Below, piece after piece: positions 26,420 to 39,574 of a stretch of DNA of 64,000 nucleotides (the first letter of the stretch is position 1; every line of letters begins with the position of its first letter). Both the position numbers and the translations under genes were made by a program. The notes below the pieces were generated by a model. That model did no database searches, was not told the origin of the DNA, and saw only the letters and a program-made list of their open reading frames with translations. Source of the DNA: Squalus acanthias (Eukaryota); NCBI GenBank assembly GCA_030390025.1, contig JASTWF010000334.1:62001-126000 (forward strand). Direction: 5' to 3'.

Positions 26420-27070
26420 CAGTTGTGACGCAGGTCAATAAGGCCATAACAAACGCAAAGCCAGCACTAGGGTTCATTTCTAGAGGGATAGAAGTGAAAA
26501 GTAGAGAAGTTATGCTAAACTTGTATCGAACCTTGGTTAAACCACAGTACTCCAAGTGCTCTGGTCGCCATATTATAAAAAGGATAAAGAGGCTCTTGAG
26601 AGGGTGCAAACTGATTTACAAGAACTGCGAGATTATACCGATCAGGAAAGGATGAACAGACTGGGTCTCTTTTCTCTTGAAAAGAGGTTGAGGGATGACT
26701 TAATAGAGGCCTTTACAATTATGAAAGGTTTTCATAGCTGAGACACAGAGAGTGTTTCCACTTGTGGGGAAGAGCAAAACTAGAGGCCATCAATATAAGA
26801 TAGTCACCAAGAGATCAAATAGGGAATTCAGAAGAAACTTCTTTACCCAGGGAGTGGTGATAATGTGGAACTCGCTACCACAGGGAGTGGTTGAGGTGAA
26901 CAGTACAGATGCATTTAAGGGGAAGCTAGATAAGCATATGAGGGAGAAGGGAATAGAGGGTTATGCTGATAGAGTTAGATCAGGAAGGATGGGAAGAAGC
27001 TGGATTGGAGCATAAATGCTGGCATGGACTGCTTGGGCCGAATGGCCTGTTTCTGTGTTGTATATCTGAT
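26420..27070 (+). mobile_element. CR1 LINE 3' fragment
   Basis: Peptides LGFISRGIE and RRNFFTQGVV. Confidence 0.85.
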
Positions 27071-27589
27071 GTAATGGGAACGGTAGCGTAGTGGTAATGT
27101 CACTGGGCTAATAATCCAGAGGCCTGGACTAATGATCCAGAGACATGAGCTCAAATCCCACCACGGCAACTGGGGAATTTAAATTCAGTTATTTAACTAA
27201 ATCTGGAATAATTACTAGTAATGGTAACCATGGAACTATCAGATTGTTGTAAAAACCCATCTGGTTCACTAATGTCCTTTAGTGAAGGAAATCTGCTGGT
27301 CTGGCCAATATGTGACTCTTAATTGCTGTGACTCTTAATTGCTCTCTGAAATGGCCTAGCAAGCTGCTCAGTTGCAACAAATCGCTACAAAACAAAACAA
27401 TAAAAATGAAACCAGATCAACCTCAGCACCGGCTAAGGACACAGCAACGGCACACCCAGCCCAGTCGACCCTGCAAAGTCCTCCTCACACCAACATCTGG
27501 GGACTTGTGCCAAAATTGGGAGAGCTGTCCCACAGACTATGACACCTTCCATCACTTTGCTGACGGGGCATAGTCTCAGGGTAAGACGA

Positions 27590-29855
27590 TACATGATCAG
27601 TGGTGTACATTTAAGGAGTTACTTTACAACTTCCAAAAATATATATTCCACTGAGAAGAAAAGGGTGTAAAAGAAAAGACAGTCATCCGTGGCTAAGTAA
27701 AGAAATTAAGGATAGTATTCGACTAAAAACAAGGGCTTATAAAGGTAGCCAAATCTAGTGGGAGGATAGAGGGTTGGGAAAACTTTAAAAGACAGCAAAA
27801 AATAACAAAAAGATTGATTAAGAAAGGGAAGATAGATTATGAAAGTAAATTAGCAAAAAATATAAAAACAGATAGTAAGAGTTTTTATAGTTATATAAAA
27901 AGAAAAAGGGTGGCTAAAGTAAATGTTGGTCCCTTAGAGGATGAGACCAGGAAATATGGAGATGGCAAATACACTGAATGAATATTTTGTATCAGTCTTT
28001 ACAGTAGAGGACACCAAGAATATCCCAACACTGGACAAACAGGGGGCTATAGGGGTGGGGGGGGGGTGGGGAGGAACTAAACACGATCAAAATCACTAAG
28101 GAAGTGGTGCTCCATAAAATAATGGGACTCAAGGCGGTTAAATCACCTGGACCTGATGGCTTACATCCTAGGGTCTTGAGGGAAGTGGCGGTAGGGATTG
28201 TGGATGCATTGGTAATAATTTTCCAAAACTCCCTGGACTCAGCAAAGATCCCGGCAGACTGGAAAACTGCTAATGTAACACCCTTATTTAAAAAGGGCAG
28301 TAGACAGAAGGCTGAAAACTATAGACCGGTTAGCCTAACATCTGTGGTAGGTAAAATTTTGGAGTCCATTATTAAGGAGACAGTAATGGGACATTTGGAT
28401 AATCATAATTTAATAGGACAAAGTCAGCATGGTTTTATGAAGGGGAAGTCATGTTTGACAAATTTGCTGGAGTTCTTTGAGGAAGTAACATACAGGGTGG
28501 ATAAAGGGGAACCAGTGGATGTGGTGTATTTAGACTTCCAAAAGGCATTTGATAAGGTGCCACACAAGATTATTGCTTAAGATAAAAAAATCACGGGATT
28601 GGGGGTAATATTCTGGCATGGATAGAGGATTGGCTATCTAACAGAAGGCAGAGAGTTGGGATAAATGGTTCATTCTCAGACTGGCAATCAGTAACTAGTG
28701 GTGTTCCGCAGGGGTCAGTGCTGGGTCCCCAACTCTTTACAATCTATATTAACGATTTGGAGGAGGGGACCGAGTGTAACATATCAAAGTTTGCAGATGA
28801 TACTAAGATGGGAAGGAAAGTAGTGAGTGAGGAGGACATAAAAAATCTGCAAGGGGACATAGACAGGCTAAGTAAGTGGGCAGAGATTTGGCAGATGGAA
28901 TACAATACTGGAAAGTGTGAGGTTGTGCACTTTGGCAGGAAAAATAGTAGAGCAAGTTATTATCTTAATGGCAAGAAACTGGAAAGTACTGAAGTACAAA
29001 GGGATCTGGGGGTCCTGGTGCACGAAACTCAAAAGGTTAATATGCAGGTGCAGCAAGTGATTAAGAAGGCCAATGGAATGTTGGCTTTCATTGCTCGGGG
29101 GATGGAATATAAAAATAGGGAGGTATTGCTTCAGTTGTACAAGGTATTGGTGAGACCGCACCTGGAATACTGCATACAGTTTTGGTGTCCATACTTAAGA
29201 AAAGACATACTTGCTCTCGAGTCAGTACAAAGAAGGTTCACTCGGTTAATCCCGGGGATGAGGGGATGGACATATGAGGAGAGGTTGGGTAGATTGGGAC
29301 TCTACTCATTGGAGTTCAGAAGAATGAGAGGCGATCTTATTGAAACATATAAGATTGTGAAGGGGTTGGATCGGGTGGATGCGGGGACGATATTCCCAAT
29401 GATGGGTGAAACTAGAACTAGGGGGCATAGTCTTAGAATAAGGGGCTGCTCTTTCAAAACTGAGATGAGAAGGAACTACTTCACTCAGAGGGTGGTAGGT
29501 CCATGGAATATGCTGCCCCAAAAAGCTGTAGAAGCTACATCATTACATAAATTTAAAACAGAAATAGACAGTTTCCTAGAAGTAAAGGGAATTAAGGGTT
29601 ACGGGGAGCGGGCAGGAATTTGGACATGAGCCTAGGTTCGGATCGGTCATGGCCCTGTGGGTAGCGTAGCGGGCCCAGGGGCCGTGTAGCCTGATCCTGC
29701 TCCTATTTCGTGTGTCCAATTCTGTTAGGTTCAGGAGATGGTTCTGTGATAGTAGATTGGCGGTTAGGATCAGATCAGCCATGATCTTATTGAATGGCGG
29801 AGCAGGCTCAAGGGGCCGATTGGCCTACTCCTGCTCCTATTTCTTATGTTCTTAT
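27590..29855 (+). mobile_element. CR1 LINE ORF2 (RT), 5'-truncated and frameshifted
   Basis: KSPGPDG, NYRPVSLTS, QHGF, DFQKAFD and FADD motifs; (ttatgttc) tail. Confidence 0.93.
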
Positions 29856-29859
29856 GGCC

Positions 29860-32565
29860 TATCCCTAATTGCCCTGCAGAAGGTGGTGAGCTGCCTTCTT
29901 GAATCACTGCAGTCTGTGTGCTGGTGGTACTCCCACAGTGCTGTTAGGGAAGATTTCCAGGATTATGACCCAGTGACAATGAAGGAATGGCGATATATTT
30001 TCAAGTCAGGATGGTGTGTGACTTGGAGAGGAACTTGCACGTGTTGGTGTTCTCATGTACCTGCTGCCCTTGTCCTTCTAGGTGGTAGAGTTCACAGGTT
30101 TGGAAGGTGCTGCTGAAGAAGCCTCGGCGAGTTGCTGCAGTGTATTGTATAGATGGTACACACTGCAGCGACGGTGCGCCAGTGGTGGAGGGAGTGAATG
30201 TTTAAGGTGGTGGATGGGGAGCAAATCAAGCGGATTGCTTTGTCCTGTATGGTGTCGAGCTTCTTGAGTGTAGTTGCAACTGCACTCATCCAGGCAAGTG
30301 GAGACTATTTTGTCACACTCCTGACTTGTGCCTTATAGATAATGGAAAGGTTTGGGGGAGTCAGGATGTGAGTCACTTGCTGCAGAATACCCAGCCTCTG
30401 AACTGTACTTGAAGCCACAGTATTTATGTGGCTGGTCCAGTTAAGTTGTTGATCAATGGTGACTCCCAGGATGTTGATGCTAGGGGAGTCGGTGATGGTA
30501 ATACCGTTGAATGTCAAGGGGCGGTGGTTAGACTCACTCTTCTTGGAGATGGTCATTATCTGGCACTTGTGTGGTACAAATATTAATTGCCACTTATCAG
30601 CCCAAGCCTGAACGTCGTCAAGGTCTTGCAGCATGCGGGCATGGACTGCTTCATTATCTGAGGAGTTGCGAATGGAACCGAACACTGTGCAATCATCAGC
30701 GAACATCCCCACTTTTGACCTTATGATGGAGGGAAGGTCATTGATGAAGCAGCTGAAGATGGTTGGCCTAGGACACTGCCCTGAGGAATTCCTGCAGCGA
30801 TGTCCTGGGGCTGAGATGATTGACCTCCAACAACCACAAACATCTTCCTTTGTGCTAGGTATGACTCCATCAAGTGGAGAGTTTTCCCCCTGATTTCAAT
30901 TTTACTAGGGCTCCTTGATGCCACACTCAGTCAAATGCTGCCTTGATGTCAAGGGCAGTCATGAACAGTAGCATAGTGGTTATGTTACTGGACTAGTAAT
31001 CCAGAGGCCTGGATTAATGACCGGAGACGTGAGTTCATAATCCCACCACGGCAGCTGGGGAATTTGAATTCAGTTAATTAAATAAATCTGGAATAAAATG
31101 CTAGTATCAGTAATGATAACCATGAAGCTGTCGGATTGTCGTAAATACCCATCTGTTTCACTAATGTCCTTTAGGGAAGGAAATCTGCCATCCTTACCTG
31201 GTCTGGCCTATATGTGACTCCAGACCCACAGCAATGTGGTTGACTTAACTGCCCGCTGAAACGGCCAAGCATGCCACTCAGTTGTAACAAACCGCTACGA
31301 GAAGCAATAATGAGAATAAAACCAGACGGACCACCTGGCATCGACCTGGCACCAGATTCGAACATGAAAATGATACACCCAGCCCAGTCGATAATCTGGG
31401 GACTTGTGCCAAAATTGGGAGAGCTGTCCCACAGACTAGTCACGCAACTGCCTGACATAGTTATACCCACAGATACATACCTTTCAGCCAATGTCCCCGG
31501 GATGTTGTTGCTGTATCCAGTGCGCTCAGCCGTTTCTTGATATCACGTGGAGTGAATTGAATTGGCTGAAGGCGGCTTCTGTGATGGTGGGAAACCTCAG
31601 GAGGAGGCTAAGATGGATCATCCACTCGACACTTGTGGCTGAAGATGGTTGCAAACGCTTCAGCCTTGTCTTTTGCGCTCGCATGTTGGGCTCCGCCATC
31701 ATTGAGGATGGGGATATTCATGGAGGCTCCTCCTCCCGTTAGATGTTTAATTCTCCACCACCATTCACGACTGGATGTGGCAGGACTGCAGAGCTTTGAT
31801 CTGATCTGTTGATTGTGGAATCGCGTAGCTCTGCCTATAGCATGCTGCTTTCACTGTTTAGCATGCATCTAGTCTTGGGTTGCAGCTTCCCCAGGTTGGC
31901 ACCTCATTTTTAGATACGCTTGGTGCTGCTCCTGGCATGCTCTTCTACACTCCTCTTTGAACCAGGGTTGGTCCCCTGGCTTGATGGTAATGGTAGAGTG
32001 AGGGATGTGCCAGGCCATGAGGTGCCACACAACACGATGGAGGGTGTACTCGGTGTGAAGACGGGGCTTTGTCTCCACAAGGACTGTGCGGTGGTCACTC
32101 CTACCAATACTGTCATGAACAGATGCATCTGCGACACATAAATTGGTGAGAATGAGGTCAAGTAGGTATTTCCCTCATGTTGATTCTCTCACCACCTGCT
32201 GCAGGCCCAGTCTGGCAGCTATGTCCTTCAGGACTTAGCCAGCTCGGTCAGTATAGGTGCTACCGAGCCACTCTTGGTGATGGATATTGATGTCCCCCAC
32301 CCAGAGTACATTCTGTGTTCTTGCTACCCTTCGTGCTTCTTCCAAGTGGTGTTCAACATGGAGGAGTACTGATTCAGCAGCTGAGGGAGGGTGGTAGATG
32401 TTAATCAGCAGGAGGTTCCCTTGCCCATGTTTGGCCTGATGTCATGAGCCTTCATGGGGTCCGGAGTCAATGTTGAGAACTCCCAGAGCCACTCCTGACT
32501 GTATACCACTGTGCTGCCACATCTGGTGGGTCTGTCCTGCTGGTGGGACAGGGCATACCCAGGGA
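29860..32565 (-). mobile_element. Second-family LINE, rearranged, with its 5' end inverted at 30965-31500
   Basis: Homologous to 21995-25500. The inverted part has a tRNA-like head and IWGLVPKLGELSHRLV. Confidence 0.82.
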
Positions 32566-32876
32566 GTGCTAATAGGACAAGTAAAGAAACAAAAAATGGT
32601 TCTAGAGGAGCTATAAATGGCAACAGCAAAATCATTACCAGCAGCGAATACAGTATGCTAAATTTTCACCAAAATGTTCTTTTCACCATGGATGACCAGT
32701 CCCTCTACACCTCCATTCCCTACCAGGAGGGCCTGTGGGCCCTCGCTTCATCCTGGAATGGAGGCCCAATCAATCCCTATCCACCACTACAGTCCTCCTC
32801 CTGGCTGAACTTGTTCTTACATTGAACAACTTCTCCTTTGACTTGCTTAAAACCTGTTACATCTCGAACCTTTGCC

Positions 32877-32913
32877 AGTTCTGATGAAAGGTCAATGACC
32901 TGAAACATTAACT
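32877..32913 (+). ncRNA. Minimal hammerhead ribozyme motif in a Penelope-derived remnant
   Basis: AGUU-CUGAUGA-a-AGGUCA a UGACCU-GAAA-CAUU-AACU, next to the Penelope RT remnant FTMDDQSLYTSIP. Confidence 0.65.
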
Positions 32914-33104
32914 CTGTTTCTCTCCCCACAGATGCTGCCTGACCTCTGAGTATTTCCAGCAATTTCCATTTTTATAAGTAAATATTTAAACGAACTTATT
33001 ATCAATTACCAAATCCACTTCATAAATATCTATCTGTAATTTTCGGGCTGCACCCTCCACGCTGCTTGTGACATCACTGCTTCACTTTTTCACTCTGTGT
33101 TTGT

Positions 33105-33900
33105 TTGCGACGCTCTCTGTCGCTCTCTCTCTGCGCCTGCGCTGTATTTATGTTCCTCCATCTCCCACAATGCTCTCTGTCGCTCTCTCTGCGCCTGCGC
33201 TGTATTTATGTTCCTCCATCTCCCACAATGCTCTCTGTCGCTCTCACTCCGCGCCTGCGCTGTATTTATGTTCCTCCATCTCCCACAATGCTCTCTGTCG
33301 CTCTCACTCCGCGCCTGCGCTGTATTTATGTTCCTCCATCTCCCACAATGCCCTCTGTCGCTCTCTCTCCGCGCCTGCGCTGTATTTATGTTCCTCCATC
33401 TCCCACAATGCTCTCTGTCGCTCTCACTCCGCGCCTGCGTTGTATTTAGGGGCCTCCATCTCCCACAATGCTCTCTGTCGCTCTCCCTACGCGCCTGCGC
33501 AGTACTTATGTTCCTCCATCTCCCACAATGCTCTCTGTCGCACTCTCTCCGCGCCTGCGCTGTATTTAGGGGCCTCCATCTCCCACAATGCTCTCTGTCG
33601 CTCTCTCTCTGCGCCTGCGCTGTATTTATGTTCCTCCATCTCCCACAATGCTCTCTGTCGCTCCCTCTCCGCGCCTGCGCTGTATTTATGTTCCTCCATC
33701 TCCCACAATGCTCTCTGTCGCTCTCTCTCTGCGCCTGCGCTGTATTTATGTTCCTCCATCTCCCACAATGCTCTCTGTCGCTCTCTCTCTGCGCCTGCGC
33801 TGTATTTATGTTCCTCCATCTCCCACAATGCTCTCTGTCGCTCTCTCTCCGCGCTTGCGCTGTATTTGTGTTCCTCAATCTTCCTGCGATGCTCTCTGCC
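33105..33900. repeat. 60-bp minisatellite, about 13 copies
   Basis: Unit ctctctctccgcgcctgcgctgtatttatgttcctccatctcccacaatgctctctgtcg repeats in register on consecutive 60-nt lines. Confidence 0.97.
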
Positions 33901-33972
33901 TCTCTGATCTATCCTTTTTCTGGAATTAATTTCCAATAAAATACTGTTTCCATAACACTTGTATCAACTTAC

Positions 33973-34081
33973 CGTAATTAATTTGCACACAGTTCTCCAT
34001 CACCTGACGATTCTCGGGCTGATCCACATACCATTTTGTGAAATCAAATGAAGATCCATCAGTCCAAAGAAAAGTCCACAG
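33973..34081 (-). CDS. C-type lectin B, exon with QPE (LWTFLWTDGSSFDFTKWYVDQPENRQVMENCVQINY)
   Basis: tctttcAG acceptor and GTaagt donor; 109 nt, same size and phase as 833-941. Confidence 0.85.
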
Positions 34082-34169
34082 CTGAAAGACAGAAATAAAG
34101 TCATCATTTCAAAATGAATATTTCTCTTCCAATTAACAATTTGTGATATAGTAACTCAGACAATGTTAC

Positions 34170-34310
34170 CTTGTGGATGTCACTCAAACCGATCCAAGTC
34201 AAAGGAGATGATCTGTCTTTTGCCTTTATCACCTGCTTAATGAACTCGTTCTGTTTATTCCAGTGTATGGAGGCAAGATGGCCGCCTGGAGCCAATGCTT
34301 GGCAGTACAG
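34170..34310 (-). CDS. C-type lectin B, exon (LYCQALAPGGHLASIHWNKQNEFIKQVIKAKDRSSPLTWIGLSDIHK)
   Basis: 141 nt with intact AG/GT, WIGL motif. Flanking intron sequence is similar to that of lectin A. Confidence 0.87.
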
Positions 34311-34714
34311 CTTTAAATAAAAATAAAACAGACCATTTGTTGTTTATCACCTTTTTGTATTGACCATATACAGTTCCGTTTTTTTAATTCATTCATAGGA
34401 TGTGGGCATCGCTGGCAAGGCCAGCATTTATTGGCCATCCCTAATTGCCCTTGACAAGGTGGTGGTGAGCCACCTTCTTGAACCGCTACAGTCCATGTGG
34501 TGAAGGTACTCCCACAGTGCTGTTAGGGAGGGAGTTCCAGGATTTTGACCCTGCGGCGAGGAAGGAACGGCAATATATTTCAAAGTCAGGAAGGTGTGTG
34601 CTTGGAGGGCAACTTGCAGGTGATGGTGTTCCCATGGGCTTGCTGCCCTTGTCCTTCTAGGTGGTAGAGGTCATGGATTTGGGAGGTGCTGCCAAAGAAG
34701 CCTTGGCGAGTTGA

Positions 34715-36950
34715 AGCAGGAGTCGGCCATTCGGCCCTTTGAGCCTGCTCCGCCATTCAATATGATCATGGCTGAACTCAATACCACATTCCGCGCTCTC
34801 CCCACACCCCTTGTTGCCTTTTGTGTCTAGAAATCTATCTATCTCCTTCTTAAATTTCTTCAGTGACTTGGCCTCCACTGCCTTCTGTGGTAGAGAATTC
34901 CACAGGTTCACCACCCTCTGAGTGAAGAAACTTCTCCTCATCTCAGTCCTAAATGTGCTACCCCGTATCTTGAGACTGTGACCCCCCAGCCAGGGGAAAC
35001 ATCCTCCCTGCATCCAGTCTGTCTAGCCCTGCCAGAATTTCATATGTTTCAATGAGATGCCCTCTCATTCTTCTAAACTCTAGTGAATACAGGCCTAGTC
35101 GACCCAATCTCTCCTCATACGACAATCCTACCATCCCAGGAATCAGTCTGGTGAACCTTCGCTGCACTCCCTCTATGGCAAGTATATCCTTTCTTAGGTA
35201 AGGAGACCAAAACTGCACACAGTACTCCAGATGTGGTCTCACCAAGGCCCTGTACAACTGTAGTAAGACATTGTTGCTCCTGTACTCAAATCCACTTGCA
35301 ATGAAGGCCAACATACCATTTGCCTTCCACCTGCTTGTTGCACCTGCATGTTTGCTTTCAGTGTCTGGTGTACAAGGACACCCAGGTCCCTTTGTACATC
35401 AACATTTCCCAATCTATCACCATTTAAATAGTACTCTACCTTTCTGTTTTTCCTACTGAAGTGGATAACTTCATATTTATCCACGTTATACTGCATCTGC
35501 CATGTATTTGCCCACTCACTCAACTTGTCTAAGTCACCTTGAAGCCTCTTTGCACCCTCCTCACAACTCACAATCCCACCTAGTTTCGAGTCGTCAACAA
35601 ACTTGGAAATAATGGCCCAGAAATTCCGTTCGCAGCCCTCCCGCGGGCGGAGGGCTGCGATCTGGAAAGATATGCGCCTGGACCGGAGGGCTCCCGGGAG
35701 GTGCAGAATTCCGTTGCTGTGCCTCTTCAAACTGCCGGTGTGCAGGGCACGCATATCCCAGGGCGCAGGCGGATCGCAGCGTCCCTGGGATCACGTGGGC
35801 CATGGGGAGCCAATCAGAGCAGGGAATCTCCATTCATAGATTTGACAGGAAGACCTGTCAAATCTATGAATAGAGAACAGCCCCAAAACATAAGTAAAAC
35901 TTCAAATAATTTTTTTTTAAAAATAACATTTTTAAAATGACGATAAATTACATAAATTAACTATTTTAAACAAAAATTTAAATTTTTGAAAAAAATAATT
36001 AAAGTTTTTAACACGGCTAAAAATAAACTTACCTTTCTTTAAAGTATTTTAAAATGATAAATCAGTGGAAACATTTTTTTTTTACTTTCTTAAACTATTA
36101 GCCTGGTAAAAGCAGGCCTTGCGCCTGCTTTTCTAGGCGCAGCTATTCCCGACTTACCTGGACTGATAAAACTGTGAAAAAAACGGAAGTTTCTGACGTA
36201 CGCGCTGCCTATCCGGCGCAGCCGTTTGTCCAGTCAAGCCCTTTCTGCAGAGAACGGAAGTTCCGGTTTCCAGCGCATGCACAGTGCATGCGTAAAACCA
36301 GCACTTCCATTGGCCCTACGGGTGAGTACACAGCACGTACACACCCGTAGGGAACGGAATTTCGAGGCCATTACATTTGGTTCCCTCATCCAAATCATTG
36401 ATATATATTGTGAATAGCTGGTGCCCAAGCACTGATCCCTGCGGTACCCCACTAGTCACCGCCTGCCACCGCGAAAAAGACCCATTTATTCCTACTCTCT
36501 GTTTCCTGTCTGTTAACCAATTTTCAATCCATGCCAGTATATTATCCCAATCCCATGTGCTTTAATTTTGCACACTAACCTCTTCTGTGGGACTTTATCA
36601 AAGGCCTTCTGAAAATCCAAATACGCCACATCCACTGGTTCTCCCTTATCTATTCTACCAGTTACATCCTCAAAAAACTCCAGTAGGTTTGTTAAACATG
36701 ATTTCCCTTTCATAAATCCATGTTGACTTTGTCTAATCCCGTTGATATTTTCTAAGTGTCCTGTTATCACATCCTTTATAATAGACTCTAGCATTTTCCC
36801 TACTACTGATGTTAGGCTAACCAGTCTGTAGTTCCCTGTTTTCTCTCTCCCTCCTTTTTTAAATAGTGGGGTTACATTTGCCACCTTCCAATCTGCAGGA
36901 AATGTTCCATAATCTATAGAATTTTGGAAGATGACAACCAATGCATCCAC
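34715..36950 (-). mobile_element. CR1 LINE RT interrupted by a MITE, flanked by second-family LINE pieces (34385-34710, 36955-37780)
   Basis: QHGFMKGKSCLTNL, DFQKAFD and VRPHLEYC; the reading frame is split by the MITE. Confidence 0.88.
35614..36369. mobile_element. MITE with TIRs ggcccagaaattccgttc...gaacggaatttcgaggcc
   Basis: Inverted termini; clean insertion in CR1. Confidence 0.82.
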
Positions 36951-37784
36951 TATTGAGAGTGGACTGATGGGCCGGTAATTGGCCGGATTGGATTTGTCCT
37001 GCTTTTTGTGGACAGGACATATCTGGGGAGTTGCCAGATTGTCGGGCGGATTCCAGTGTTGTAGCTGTACTGGAACAGCTTGGTTAGAGGCACAGCTAGT
37101 TCTGGAGAACAAGTCTTCAGCACAACAGCCGGGATGTTTTCGGGGCGCATATCTTTTTCTGTATCCAGTGCATTCAGCCTTTTCTTGATATCACGTGGAG
37201 TGAATCAAATTGGCTGAAGACTGGCTTCTGTGATGGTGGGGACCTCAGGAGGAGGCTAAGATGGATCAACCACTCGGCACTTCTTGCTGAAGATGTTTGC
37301 AAATGCGTCATCTTGTCTTTTACACTTATGTGCTGGGCTCCACCATGATTGAGAATAGGGATTTTCATGGAGCCTCCGCCTCCCATTAGTTTAATCATCC
37401 ACCACCAGCCATGACTGGATGTGGCAGGACTGCAGAGGTTTGACCTGATCCATTGATAGTGCGATCACTTGGCTCTGTCTATAGCATGCTGCTGCCACTG
37501 TTTAGCATGTATGCCGTCCTGTGTTCTAGCTTCACCAGATTGGCACCTCATTTTCAGGAATGTCAGATGCTGCTCCTGGCATGCTCTTCTACACTTCTCA
37601 TTGAACCAGGGTTGGTCCCTTGGCTTGGTGGTAATGGTAGAGTGAAGGATATTGCGGGCCATCAGGTTACAGATTGTGGTGGAATACAATTCTCCTGCTG
37701 CTGATGGTGCACAGCACCTCATGGATGCCCAGTTTTGAGCTGCTTGATGTGTTCTGAATCTATCCCATTTAGCACGGTCGAATA

Positions 37785-39344
37785 TAAGAACATAAGAACA
37801 TAAGAAGTAGGAGCAGGTGGAGGCCATATGGGCTTTGAGCCTGCTCCACCATTCAATAAGATCATGAGAGATCTTCGACCTCAACTACACTTTCTCACCC
37901 AATCTGCATATCCCTTGATTCCAAAAATGTATCGATCTCAACCTTGAATATACTCAACGACTCAGCATCCACAGCCCTTTGGGGTAGAGAAGTCCAAAGA
38001 TCCACAACCCTCTGAGTGAAGAAATTCCTCCTCACCTCAGTCTCAAATGGCGACCCCTTATCCTGAGACTATACCCCCTAGTTCTAGACAGTCCAGCCAG
38101 GGGAAACAACCTCGCAGCATCTATCCTGTCAATCCCCCTCAGAATCTTATATGCTTCAATGAGATCACCTCTCATTCTTCTAAACGTGAAGAGTATAGGC
38201 CCAATCTACTCAATCTCTTCTCATAGGACAACCCTCTCTTCCCAGCAATCAATCTAGTGGACCATTGTTGCAGTGTCTCAGATAAGGAGACTAAAACTGT
38301 GCACATTTCTCCAGGTGTGGTCTCACCAAAGCCCTGCACAACTGTAGCAAGACTTCCTTACTCTTGTACTCCAACCCCCTTGCAATAAAGGATAACATGC
38401 CATTTGCCTTCCTATTGCTTGCTGTACCTGCGTGCTAACTCTTTGTGTTTCCTGTCCGAGGACACCAAGGGGGAAAAATTCAGTCGCGCCCCCTTTGGGT
38501 CGCTAACCCAAAAAAGTTGGCGCCCCCGCGCCGTAAATTCAGTGATAGCGCCCCAAGCAGGAGGCGGGGCGCTACTGGAAGTGCTCCCCCTCCTTCCTGG
38601 GGCGCTACCATTCAATATTGTTACGTGCAACAGCTCCAAGTGCGTCAGCATGTAGCGTTGCGGTATCGCAGGCCTCCCTCCCCTGATTAAAGGGGAGGGG
38701 CCTAGCGCAGCGCACACCGGGGCCCTGTTGGATTACTGGGGAGCGGGGTGCTGGGAAAACAGCCCAGCACTCAAGGGGAGTCCCGGGCTGACCAATTGCG
38801 GCCATCACCCCGCATGAGGACGCGAAAGGGGGCAGGTGCTGGCAGGTGGCTCACAAAAAAAATGGCCGTCCGACACCTGTCCTTTAATTAGCGCCTCCGC
38901 GGCTGCAAAAACACCAGCCTGACCCTATCGGACATATTGTCCAGCAATAGGTCAGTTGGTGCAACTGAAGTTTGCGGTCGGGGAGCGAGCAGGATGCTGC
39001 GCGCGGCGATTACATCATCACCGGAGACGCAGTGCCGCGGGGCGCTACTGGCTACCGCCGCTGCTAACCTCGCGGGAGGCGTTAGCGGCACCACGCCCAG
39101 ACGCTAGGGGCTTTGCGCCCCGTTCGCGCCCCCCCGGGCGCTAGCGGAAGGCGCAAAGCAACCCAATTTTTCACCCCAAATCTCTCTGAATTCCAACATT
39201 TAATAATTTCTTGCCATTTAAAACGTATTCTGTTTTTCTATTCTTCCTACCAAAGTGAATAACCTAACGTTCCCCACATGATATTCCATCTGCCACCTTA
39301 CTGCCCAATCACTTAACCTGTCTATATTCCATTACAGACTCTTT
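37785..39344 (-). mobile_element. CR1 LINE 3' part; continues at 63575-64000
   Basis: Breaks at ...acagactcttt and resumes as tttgtgttctcctcac at 63575, matching the continuous CR1 sequence at 18220-18245. Confidence 0.82.
38470..39177. mobile_element. GC-rich MITE inserted in CR1
   Basis: Termini gggggaaaaatt...aatttttcacccc; CR1 sequence is contiguous across it. Confidence 0.78.
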
Positions 39345-39574
39345 GGGCTGGATTTTGTCAATGGAAAGCTTTTGGAGGTGGGACTGCTGCTTGCCAGCTT
39401 TCAATCCCGCCTCCATCAGCTTCTAGCCAACCAGCGGGGTTTTCCCCTGATTGACCTTGTTATGCCCACCCAGCGGGTTCCAAAGGCCAATTAGGGGGAA
39501 GTCAGTGACAGAGCACGACAACGTATGACGTGCCATCTGTCAAGATTTTTTGAAAGAAGAAGCTCTCTGCCTTC

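Noticed and set aside
32580..32680. Candidate missing WND exon of lectin B (ggtaatgat on the minus strand)
   Set aside because: Resembles the repeat sequence at 14070-14130 and lacks the WND..C..FVC pattern.
33068..33939. 260-280 aa repetitive ORFs in several frames
   Set aside because: Artefacts of the 60-bp tandem repeat.
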